A program made the position numbers and the translations under genes. Below are positions 28,772 through 36,827 of a DNA stretch of 64,000 nucleotides, piece after piece (position 1 is the stretch's first letter; the number at the start of each line of letters is the position of its first letter). The DNA is from an uncultured Pseudomonadota bacterium (GTDB taxonomy: Bacteria > Pseudomonadota > Alphaproteobacteria > Acetobacterales > Acetobacteraceae). The notes under the pieces are model-generated. The model did no database searches. It was not told the origin of the DNA and was given only the letters and a program-made list of their open reading frames with translations. The DNA lies in NCBI GenBank assembly GCA_963786445.1, contig CAWAZU010000037.1, positions 5,809 through 69,808 of the forward strand, in the 5' to 3' direction.

Positions 28772-29385
28772 CGGGGCGCCGGCCCTGCTGTCAGCATGGC
28801 AGCCAGCCCGTCCGCAAGTTGGCCGACTGCGGAACTGATCGATGTCACCTCGGCGGTCGTGTCCGGCGAGGATGTCGGCGCGACGAAGCGGAACGTACGC
28901 AGGCGCGGCGCCCTCCGCCCCTTGACGTCAACTGACGCCTGGGCCTGCAGCACGAGTGCGCCGCTGGCGTCCTTGTCGAGCCGCTCGATATTGATCTCGA
29001 CCGTCGCATCGGCCGGAACGGACACGGCACCGCTCTCGTTCACGACCGCGCTCCCCGGCAGGCGCTGCCTCAGCTCCTCGGCCAGGAGCCTTCCCAGCAT
29101 CGCCGACAGCGGCTCCCCCCACCAGTCGTTGGCCATCACGTCGAGCCGATAGCCGGCCGAGGAGCGGACGATCTGCAACTGCTGCAGGTAGCGTGCGAGC
29201 GAAACCTCCCGCAGCCCGATCACTTTCGGTGCGCCGGCCTGTGTCTGCCCGGCGACGGGCGCGATCGTGTAGAGCGCCGGACGCGGCGAGCTGCAAGCGG
29301 CGACGGCGATCGCGAGCACGAAGCAGACCGCGGCGGCGGCGAGTGCAGGGCGACCCCGCGAGCTGGCTTCGCCTGCCGGCATCAC
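28768..29385 (-). CDS. pqiC: PqiC-like ABC-type transport auxiliary lipoprotein (DUF330)
   Basis: Lipobox AIAVAACSS. Size is about 205 aa and it sits directly after the MCE protein. It overlaps both neighbours by 4 nt. Confidence 0.65.
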   Translation of the reverse strand: MMPAGEASSRGRPALAAAAVCFVLAIAVAACSSPRPALYTIAPVAGQTQAGAPKVIGLREVSLARYLQQLQIVRSSAGYRLDVMANDWWGEPLSAMLGRLLAEELRQRLPGSAVVNESGAVSVPADATVEINIERLDKDASGALVLQAQASVDVKGRRAPRLRTFRFVAPTSSPDTTAEVTSISSAVGQLADGLAAMLTAGPAPR

Positions 29386-31112
29386 TCGACCCCGCCCTGG
29401 GGCCGGCCCTTGACCAGCGCCTCCGGGTGGCGCGTGAGCAGGTCGGACAGCGCCTGGATCGAGCGGACCCCGTCGTTCAGTTGAACCAGGAGCCGCTCCA
29501 GTTCGCGTTCGAACCTGGTATTGTCGCCATAGGCGGACCCGACCGATACCATCAGGCCGTTGGCTTCGGTCAGCGTCCTCTGCAGACCCGCCGCGATGTC
29601 GGGCAGTCGTTTGGCCGCGGGGGCAAAGCCCTTGTCCAGATTCTGCACCGTCGCCTGCGCGCTCGCCATTGTCGCTGCCATGGATGCGAGCGTCTGCTTG
29701 AGTTGCGCGCCTCCCGCGATGTCGTTCAGGTTCTGGGTGAGGTCGAGCACGTTCTTTCCGATGGTATCGAACGGGATGGCGTTCACCTTGGCCATCAACT
29801 CGCCTGCCGAGGCCGTCAGGCTGTTCAGCCCTCCTGAGTTGGTGGCCGGCACCACGAAGCTTGCGCCGTCCATGGTCACCGATGCCGGGGGCGCGCCATG
29901 GATGAACTCGAGTGCCACGACCTGCTGGCCGGTAAGCAGATTGCCGCTCTGCAGACTCGCCCGCAGGCCCTGCTTGAGCAGCGCGCCCACTCCCTCCGCG
30001 ACGGTGGCATAGGCGCGCTTGCCGATCCCGATCACGCGCTCCGGCTCGACATCGAAGTGTACCGGCGCCAGCACTGCATCGGCGGTGGCGTCGTAGGTCA
30101 GACGTACATCGGTGACGTGGCCAACCGTGAGGCCGCGCAGCGTCACCTCCGCGCCGGGTGCGAGGCCGCGGATCGAGCCGGTGAAGTAGGATACCAACGG
30201 AATTTTGCGGCTGTACGACGCACCTTCGGCAGCGTCCTGGTTCGGGAACAACGGAAAGGCGTGATTTACGGCGGCCATCGCGGCTGCGCTCTTGCCGCGG
30301 GGCGTATCGAAGGCAACGCCGCCCAGCAGCAGCGCGCGCAGCGATTCGAGCTGCACCTCCACGCCCGCTCCGGCCAGCTTTACGCTGACACCAGAAGCAT
30401 TCCAGAACCGCGTCTCGTCACGTACATACTTGTCAAAAGGCGCGCGCACAAATACGTGAATCGCAACGCTCTCTGCCATGTCGTCCACGTCCCAGCCCAG
30501 GACCTCGCCCACGGCGAGATCGCGGAAGAACACCGGCGAACCGACGGAGACCGCGTTCAGCCGGGCGCTGCGCAGCAGAAAGCTGCGTCCAGGCACGTCG
30601 GCTCGCAGGACGGGCGGGTCCTCCTGCCCAGCGAATTCCCGTTTTGCCTTGCCGCCGTCTGCTCCCGGCAGCATCCCGATGTAGGATCCAGAGATCAAGG
30701 TGCCGAGCCCGGACAGATTGCCGGCAAACAGCCGCGGCTTTTCCACCCAAAACACTGTCCTGTCGGTCAGCAGCGGCCGGGCTTCGCGCGTGGTCGCGAC
30801 CGTGACCAGAACGTGACTGTGGTCGCGCGCAAGAGCCAGCCTCTGCACCGTGCCAAGGGGGAAATCCCTGAACCTGAGCTGCGACTGGCCCGCCTGCAGG
30901 CCTTCGGCCCCTTCGAATGAAATCGTGATCGTTGGCCCCTCCTTGGATAGCGTGTTCCAGGCGAGCCAGAGCCCGATGACAATGGCGACGATCGGGATGA
31001 TCCAGATGATCGACAGACGCCGGGCTGCGCGAACAGAAGCGCGGCCGACGACGTGTGGGTTCGTGAGCTCGCTCATCCCTGATCTCCCTGTGCGCATGGT
31101 CGTGGACAACAC
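29382..31112 (-). CDS. pqiB: PqiB-like multi-MCE (MlaD-domain) intermembrane transport protein
   Basis: N-terminal TM helix IIWIIPIVAIVIGLWLAW, then repeated MCE-type modules (GLQAGQSQLRFRDFPLGTV..., SPVFFRDLAVGEV..., GAEVTLRGLTVGHV...). The alternative start is 31076. Confidence 0.8.
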   Translation of the reverse strand: MLSTTMRTGRSGMSELTNPHVVGRASVRAARRLSIIWIIPIVAIVIGLWLAWNTLSKEGPTITISFEGAEGLQAGQSQLRFRDFPLGTVQRLALARDHSHVLVTVATTREARPLLTDRTVFWVEKPRLFAGNLSGLGTLISGSYIGMLPGADGGKAKREFAGQEDPPVLRADVPGRSFLLRSARLNAVSVGSPVFFRDLAVGEVLGWDVDDMAESVAIHVFVRAPFDKYVRDETRFWNASGVSVKLAGAGVEVQLESLRALLLGGVAFDTPRGKSAAAMAAVNHAFPLFPNQDAAEGASYSRKIPLVSYFTGSIRGLAPGAEVTLRGLTVGHVTDVRLTYDATADAVLAPVHFDVEPERVIGIGKRAYATVAEGVGALLKQGLRASLQSGNLLTGQQVVALEFIHGAPPASVTMDGASFVVPATNSGGLNSLTASAGELMAKVNAIPFDTIGKNVLDLTQNLNDIAGGAQLKQTLASMAATMASAQATVQNLDKGFAPAAKRLPDIAAGLQRTLTEANGLMVSVGSAYGDNTRFERELERLLVQLNDGVRSIQALSDLLTRHPEALVKGRPQGGVE

Positions 31113-31401
31113 CGCGCCGCGGGCGCACAGACCCGCGCTCTTGGCGATTGAGCCCGCCAGGCCGTGACCGCGACGGCGGGCGTATCATCGCCGCGGAGCT
31201 GACGAGCAGCCGCTGCGAGGACGAGTTCGCGGCTCGGTGTCGTGCTCGATCAGTCAGAGGAGCGGTGTCGTCGACGGCGCCGCCAAGATTCCCGACGCCA
31301 GAAAACCAAACGCGGATGCTTGCGCCCCCCCGATATCCCATTGACCGGATTGCAGGAAACATCGGGTGTCAGCGACACTGTAGCGGCTTCGCCAGGGCCG
31401 A

Positions 31402-31626
31402 CTATGCAGTTTCGGCGAGCGGGGCGCCCCCGCTTTGGAACGCCGGTTGGCGATATTGCTCGCACGCTTGCTGGATCAGCGGTGACGAACACCGACGCTC
31501 CGAATACCGACCGTGTGCTGCCATCACATTGCCGTCATCCGGCCGAAATCTGCCCGTGCCTTGCGACATCGGCGCTCCCGACGCGATCCAAAAGCCACCA
31601 GCGTCCAGGACGCCGATTCTGCATAG
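31402..31626. repeat. Inverted pair of the recurrent motif (copies D and G) bounding 225 bp
   Basis: The left end is CTATGCAGTTTCGGCG. The reverse complement of the right end is CTATGCAGAATCGGCG (14 of 16 identical). It lies in the divergent region between pqiB (-) and the 31868 gene (+). Confidence 0.6.
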
Positions 31627-31867
31627 TCAGCCCATGCACCGTTGCCTCAAGATCACGCCGGCGATACTCGACGGCAACGTTGTCCATGCCAGGGAACATT
31701 CACCCGGCAACAAGGGCGGCGACCCGACCGCCGACGATGACCTGCTGTGCAGCCGACGGCATTCAACCCGCGCGGCGACACCGTCGAACAGGACATCGCT
31801 GCCTGTGCCGTCGGTAGCGCCAAGCCCGTCAACGTATCGATCATCGCGCGGAGATGGAGAGCGCGCT

Positions 31868-32461
31868 ATGCGCAATGACCCAGGTCAGACCTACGATCCC
31901 GCAGCGGTTGCCGCCAAAGGCGGCTCAGATAGACCTGGGCGAAACCTAAAGAAATGGGCGGTAGGAGAACTCAAGCAGTTTCTCATAATCACCCTGTATC
32001 TCTGGGCAATGTTGGCGCTGTTCAACTTCCATAAGACTATTGTTCTCGAACAGAATCACATCGACTATCAGTCCCAGGGATTCGCCATCGTCAACGCTCT
32101 GATATTGGCGAAAGTCATGCTGGTTGCCGAAGGTCTGCGCCTGGGCAATAGGTTTAAGGATCATCCGCTGATCTATGCAGTGCTTTACAAGAGCTTTGCC
32201 TTTGCCGTCGTCCTGGTCTGTTTCCACATCGTCGAAGGTGTGGCTGTCGCACTGTTGCGTAGCCAACCACTCACCGAAAATCTCGCCGAGTTCGGAGGCG
32301 GGGGCTTGAAAGGGATCGTGTCGGTGGGCGCGATCCTGTTCGTGGCGCTCATTCCCTTCTTCATGTTCCGCGAGGTCGCACGCGTGATTGGTGCCGACCA
32401 GCTATGGCAGCTGCTGTTCAGCCGCGGAACCAAGACGTTCACGCTGTCGGTCCAGGAGTGA
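31868..32461 (+). CDS. Hypothetical integral membrane protein
   Basis: 197 aa with 4 predicted TM helices (FLIITLYLWAMLALF, FAIVNALILAKVMLVA, FAFAVVLVCFHIV, IVSVGAILFVALIPFFMF). GC is lower than surrounding genes. Confidence 0.55.
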   Translation: MRNDPGQTYDPAAVAAKGGSDRPGRNLKKWAVGELKQFLIITLYLWAMLALFNFHKTIVLEQNHIDYQSQGFAIVNALILAKVMLVAEGLRLGNRFKDHPLIYAVLYKSFAFAVVLVCFHIVEGVAVALLRSQPLTENLAEFGGGGLKGIVSVGAILFVALIPFFMFREVARVIGADQLWQLLFSRGTKTFTLSVQE

Positions 32462-33387
32462 TGGTCACGTCTGGAAGCACTGGAGAAATCGCGATGGACG
32501 CGCCGATGTCCGGCCCCAGGCCGAAGCAGTTGTGGAAGCGCGTTTGCGCGCAGGTGCAGGCGGGAATTCGACGCTCGCTGCGAACGTGCCTGCCGGCATT
32601 GGTGATTGTCGGGCTGACGCCAGGCGGGCCGGTCGTGGCGCAGCAGTCAGCGGCCACCCCGACGCCGGCCGCTGCGCCGCCCACGATCGAGCCGGCGGCG
32701 GTCGCCATTCTCAAAGCCGCAACCGAGACACTCGCCTCCGCGAAAACCATGTCGTTCACTGCCGTAAGCACCTACGAACGCTTTGCGCTGAACGGACAAC
32801 CATTGTTCTACGCCACGCTCAATCAGGTGACGCTGCAGCGGCCGGACAAGCTGCGCGTGATCACCATCGGCGACGGGGTGCCTGACGAGTTCTATTATGA
32901 CGGCAAGACCATGACCGCCTATGTGCCGTCCCTTGACGTGGCGGCAGTGGCCGAAGCGCCGGCGACGATGGACGAGATGATCGACGCGGCATGGGACAAG
33001 GCGGCGATCTACTTTCCGTTCGACGACGTGATGCGCTCCGATCCCTATGCGGTGTTCGCGAAGGTGATGTCCTCGGCGTTCTACGTCGGCCAGTCGAAGG
33101 TGGTGGGCGGCATCACCACCGACATGGTCGCGGTGGCCGGCGAGGACGTGCAGGCGGAGATCTGGATCGGAACGGCCGATCATCTCCCACGCCTCGTGCG
33201 CGTCGTCTATCCGCACGAGCCCGCCCATGCGCTGTATCAGACCGAATATTCCGCGTGGCGTCTTGGAGAGACGTTGGCGCCTGGCGAGTTCACATCCGAG
33301 CAGGCGGCGAAGGCCAAGCGCATGCAGTTTGCGCCGCCCGGTCCGGGCGAGACGCCGCAGGCCGGCGAACCGCCGCCGCAGCGTTAA
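32461..33387 (+). CDS. DUF2092-like (LolA-fold) periplasmic protein
   Basis: FTAVSTYERF...TLQRPDKLRVITIGDG.PDEFYYDGKTMTAY...EAPATMDEMID resembles DUF2092. The start is uncertain (32461 overlapping the upstream stop, or 32494). Confidence 0.6.
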   Translation: MVTSGSTGEIAMDAPMSGPRPKQLWKRVCAQVQAGIRRSLRTCLPALVIVGLTPGGPVVAQQSAATPTPAAAPPTIEPAAVAILKAATETLASAKTMSFTAVSTYERFALNGQPLFYATLNQVTLQRPDKLRVITIGDGVPDEFYYDGKTMTAYVPSLDVAAVAEAPATMDEMIDAAWDKAAIYFPFDDVMRSDPYAVFAKVMSSAFYVGQSKVVGGITTDMVAVAGEDVQAEIWIGTADHLPRLVRVVYPHEPAHALYQTEYSAWRLGETLAPGEFTSEQAAKAKRMQFAPPGPGETPQAGEPPPQR

Positions 33388-33404
33388 CAGAGGAGCATCA
33401 TGTG

Positions 33405-34079
33405 ATGAGGACCGTTCTGTTGCTGGCAACGGGCTTGCTCTCGACCGGCCTTGGGTTGCAGGACGCGCAGGCCTGGATGCAACGGACCGCGGGCGGCGGA
33501 TACTCGCACGGCGGCAGTTACGGCGGCTTTCAGCACAGCACCAGCGTCGGGCCGCAAGGCGTGTCGCACGAAGGCAGCGCCGGCGGCTTCGAGCACGGCA
33601 CGGCCGCCAACTCGCAAGGTATGGCCCACGCCGGCGACGCCGGCGGCGCTTGGCACGGATCTGCGGCGAACTCGCAAGGTGTCGCGCATGCCAACGCGTA
33701 CGGCACCACGACGGCGTCCTCCGGGGCGTACTATCACCAGCCGCCTGCGGTGAACAACTACGCGGCTGGCGGTTGCTACAACTGCGGCGGCGGCTGGGGG
33801 GCGCCCGCCGGGGCGGCGGTGGTGGCCGGCAGCGTGGCGGCGGGCGCGATGGTGGGCGCCGCGGTCGCCAACACCGCGAATGCCAACGCCTATGCCGCTG
33901 GCGTGGCGGCCGGCGCCGTTGCACCGCATTACGCGATCGGCGCCAGCTACGCGGCACTGCCCACGGGATGCGCCTACAGCCCCTACGGGGGAGCGCCCTA
34001 CTACCAGTGCATGGGAGGCTGGATGGCGCCGGCCTACGGCGCCAACGGGGTCTACTATCGTGTTGTGGCGGCGCCCTGA
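33405..34079 (+). CDS. Exported Gly/His/Ala-rich repeat protein with Cys/Tyr-rich C-terminus
   Basis: AGGAG lies 9 nt upstream. Signal MRTVLLLATGLLSTGLGLQDAQA. There are degenerate repeats of the GG(F/Y).H....QG..H type, then CYNCGGGWG...CAYSPYGG.PYYQCMGGW. Confidence 0.55.
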   Translation: MRTVLLLATGLLSTGLGLQDAQAWMQRTAGGGYSHGGSYGGFQHSTSVGPQGVSHEGSAGGFEHGTAANSQGMAHAGDAGGAWHGSAANSQGVAHANAYGTTTASSGAYYHQPPAVNNYAAGGCYNCGGGWGAPAGAAVVAGSVAAGAMVGAAVANTANANAYAAGVAAGAVAPHYAIGASYAALPTGCAYSPYGGAPYYQCMGGWMAPAYGANGVYYRVVAAP

Positions 34080-34081
34080 TC

Positions 34082-34732
34082 ATGGGAATCGATGCATTCG
34101 CTCTACCACACAGCGCGAGGAATGCTTTGAAACCCGCATGGAGTGCCGACTGGGCGTGGGGTGTGCCACTCACGGCACTCACTCTCGCAATTCACGGCGC
34201 CGCTATCAGCATGATCGCGGTGCTGCTGACACGCACGGGAACACTGATCGAACGCCGGAGACCGGGGCAGACCGCAATGGCGCTGCTTGTGGCTGCGACC
34301 GTCGGTATCGTCGGCGGGACACTGGCGGTTCTCCATGGCGCGGAAGCGTCAATCTGGGCTGGTGCCTACCTGCTGTTGGGAGCCGTCGGCACACTGGCGG
34401 ATGCCATGCTGTATTCGGTCGACTCCATCACGGCACGCGGGTCGTCAGGGCTGGAACTCCAGCCCCACTGGAAAATGTTGGGGGCTTTGGAGGCGGTCAA
34501 TGGGTTGCTGCTGTTCGGCATCAGCACCGCGTTCCTGGTTTCCGTCATCACTGAAGTTTGGAGCCTGCTTCGCAGGTTGGCCCGCGGGCTGGAAAGGAAC
34601 CCTGCCGTCATGCCGGATAGCGAGATGGACCGAGCAGAATACGCGATCGTCCAGCACAAGCGTGGGCAGCACCAGGACCTGTTGCGGAACCGGCGCGCAG
34701 CAGCGTTGTCCGCGCTTCGCCCGCCCACATAG
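34082..34732 (+). CDS. Two-TM ion-channel-like membrane protein with degenerate selectivity-filter region
   Basis: The helix-pore-helix layout (WAGAYLLLGAVGTLADAMLYSVDSITARGSSGLELQP...LEAVNGLLLFGISTAFLVSVI) resembles the Ion_trans_2 family, but ITARGSSG replaces T.GYGD. The 3' tail runs into an IS630 remnant on the opposite strand. Confidence 0.4.
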   Translation: MGIDAFALPHSARNALKPAWSADWAWGVPLTALTLAIHGAAISMIAVLLTRTGTLIERRRPGQTAMALLVAATVGIVGGTLAVLHGAEASIWAGAYLLLGAVGTLADAMLYSVDSITARGSSGLELQPHWKMLGALEAVNGLLLFGISTAFLVSVITEVWSLLRRLARGLERNPAVMPDSEMDRAEYAIVQHKRGQHQDLLRNRRAAALSALRPPT

Positions 34733-34843
34733 GCGCGGCATCTTGGCGGCAGCCCTGGTCTCGTCGATGAGCACCAGGTACGCCGGATCGAGCACATCAA
34801 TGCAGCCGTCGTTGTCTGCCGAACCTCGGCGGACACAATGGGA
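34650..34843 (-). mobile_element. IS630-family transposase fragment (remnant)
   Basis: IDVLDPAYLVLIDETRAAAKMPRLCGRAKRGQR matches the DDE_3 region around the first catalytic Asp (consensus LVFIDETgakTnMtRlyGRAprGeR). There is no intact ORF and no inverted repeats were found. Confidence 0.55.
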
Positions 34844-34880
34844 CCTTCAGAAAGCCCATCATCGCAGAAGTCGGTGCTTT

Positions 34881-35249
34881 TCAGCTCTTGATTTTCCAGG
34901 TTCCGTCCGCCGTACGGCACCAGGTCAGGTCGTACGGACGGGGCGGCGTGCGCCCCTGCGCGGCGATCTCGTGGTGCAGGAGGTGGCAGGGGAGACCCGC
35001 CGAGTTGAAGATGCGCGCAACCGTCGAGCTGCCGTGGCTGCCGGTCGCCGGGTTGCTCCAGCCTTCGGACGCGCCGACCCGAATTGAACTCTCTGCGTTC
35101 AAACGTGCGATGCTTGCGAGCATCTGGTTGAGGTCATCGCCGGAAAGCTGCGGCCCGTATTTGCTGCTCCGGAACGGATTGATCTGCGCCAGCGCAGGCA
35201 GCGGCACCGCCAGGAGCAGAGCCATCGCCAGGCGTCGCACCGTTTTCAT
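34881..35249 (-). CDS. Exported surface-antigen-like protein (COG4520-type, assigned from memory)
   Basis: Signal MKTVRRLAMALLLAVPLPALAQ. The pattern W.NP.TG..G........G..C.......WCRT.DGTWK is typical of small alphaproteobacterial surface-antigen domain proteins. Confidence 0.5.
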   Translation of the reverse strand: MKTVRRLAMALLLAVPLPALAQINPFRSSKYGPQLSGDDLNQMLASIARLNAESSIRVGASEGWSNPATGSHGSSTVARIFNSAGLPCHLLHHEIAAQGRTPPRPYDLTWCRTADGTWKIKS

Positions 35250-35331
35250 CCCGCATTCTTCATATGATCGGCGCTGCGCAGGTGAGGCGGGCGGCGTTCC
35301 AAGCCTCTCGCAAGCGAGCATCCCCGGTCGC

Positions 35332-35862
35332 TCATTTCATCGAAATGAAAATGGCATCGCCGCCGAGGCTGAGCATCAACCCCGTCCGCTTCGCCTTGAG
35401 GTGCATGACGACGCCGTTCTCGTTCTGCATCCACAGATCGCCGCCGCTCTGCGTTCCGAATGCAAACCCATAGCGGCCCTGCGCATAGCTGCCCGGGAAT
35501 TGGCCAAGACTCGAAAGATGATAGACATCGCCTGTGGCGTCGAGGGTCGAGGCACCGATGCCGCCGATGCCGGCTCCGCCCACGGTGAACGGGTAGCTGT
35601 GTCCCTGGTAATACAGCACGCCGCTGCCGACGTTCCCGCTGGCGATATAGGCGGCCTGTACCTGGTGCATCTCCACTCTACCCGACGGCGGCTGCCCTTC
35701 CAGCGCCGTCGCGCCGCCGGGCGCCGACTGGCCGGAACAGGCCGCCAGCACCAGCGTCCAGGCACCCAGCAGCACTCCGGCGAGCACCGCTGGCCGGCAC
35801 GTCGGCTGCCGCGACTCAGCGTGCCGATCGTATGCGTGTCGGCCGCGGCCACGTGTGCTCAT
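35332..35862 (-). CDS. Gly-rich lipoprotein, paralog of 21474-21908
   Basis: Lipobox LVLAACSG. YYQGHSYPFTVGG...NENGVVMHLKAKRTGLMLSLGG aligns with the 21.5-kb protein. Confidence 0.6.
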   Translation of the reverse strand: MSTRGRGRHAYDRHAESRQPTCRPAVLAGVLLGAWTLVLAACSGQSAPGGATALEGQPPSGRVEMHQVQAAYIASGNVGSGVLYYQGHSYPFTVGGAGIGGIGASTLDATGDVYHLSSLGQFPGSYAQGRYGFAFGTQSGGDLWMQNENGVVMHLKAKRTGLMLSLGGDAIFISMK

Positions 35863-35987
35863 CCGACGATCTCTCTCTGCCCCGTTACCGCCGCCCGCGT
35901 CACTCTGTTCCCGGCACTGCACAGATGCTGGTTCCCAATCGCTCGCCGCCGCCGTGGCGAAGGGTGGGAGCAAGTGGGGATGGCTGG

Positions 35988-36076
35988 CTATGCAGATTCG
36001 ACGGTGCTCGGAATCGTGCGGCGCTGTCCGCAACTGCATGGGCTGCGGCTTCGCGCACCTGACCGAAACTGCATAG
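35988..36076. repeat. Inverted pair of the recurrent motif (copies E and F) bounding 89 bp
   Basis: The left end is CTATGCAGATTCG and the right end is CGAAACTGCATAG. It lies in the divergent region between 35862 (-) and 36246 (+). Confidence 0.6.
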
Positions 36077-36245
36077 CGGACCTCCTGCCGCCCGCCCATG
36101 GTGTCAGCACGCTTACCGGCGTGGGGAATGACGCTCTGCCCCACGCAAGCGGGACGGTGGCTATGGCGGTGGCTCGCAACCCGCCTGTTCATCCTGCACG
36201 AGGGTGCTGTTGGCTACGACGAAAAAGCATAAGGATGGGACTCAC

Positions 36246-36644
36246 ATGCTGAAAGCTGCACTATGCACAGGCTTGGCGCTGACGGGCATTTCGCTGCCGG
36301 CAATGGCGCAGGCGCCGCGGACGAGTGACTGGATGAACATGACAGTCAGGAAGCAGCAAGCCTCGGGCTGCGACGAAATGTCGTGGAACCTGCGGCGCGA
36401 CGAGCAGAACCAGATCCGCGGCGTGATCTGGTACACCGGCGGCGCGGGCGTCAGCAGCGCGCTGGGCATGGCCAATCCGGATGGAACGTTTACCATCAAG
36501 GTCACGCCAATCTACGGCAGCGGGCCGAACGGCACCGTCACCGGCCAGCGCAACAAGGACGGCAGCATCGATGCAAACCTGACCGGCCCGGTCTGCTCGA
36601 CGGGCAAGATGCACCTCATGGCAGGGGCAACCTCGACGCAGTAG
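36246..36644 (+). CDS. Exported hypothetical protein
   Basis: 132 aa. Signal MLKAALCTGLALTGISLPAMAQA. There are two Cys residues in the mature part. I recognise no family. Confidence 0.5.
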   Translation: MLKAALCTGLALTGISLPAMAQAPRTSDWMNMTVRKQQASGCDEMSWNLRRDEQNQIRGVIWYTGGAGVSSALGMANPDGTFTIKVTPIYGSGPNGTVTGQRNKDGSIDANLTGPVCSTGKMHLMAGATSTQ

Positions 36645-36827
36645 GAACGGCGACGGAGCGACCGGGTGCGGTGCTGGATGTGCCGGGCGTTCGACTGAGC
36701 GCCCGTTCGTCCCGGCCGGTCCGACCACACGGCCAACTGCCAAGCTGAGGATGCCCGGCGAGGTGCCTGCAAGATGTCCAAACTCGGCCGCAGAAAACCG
36801 ACCCAAGGAGAAGCGTCGGGGAGGGCC

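Noticed and set aside
14792-36076. The CTGCATAG motif as a sigma-54 (-24/-12) or ECF-sigma (-35/-10) promoter
   Set aside because: No GG dinucleotide sits at the required spacing upstream of the GC. No conserved -10-like element is found 16-17 nt downstream of the GAAWC part in the eight copies. No GGAAC-N16-CGTT pattern is present. The motif type is therefore left open.
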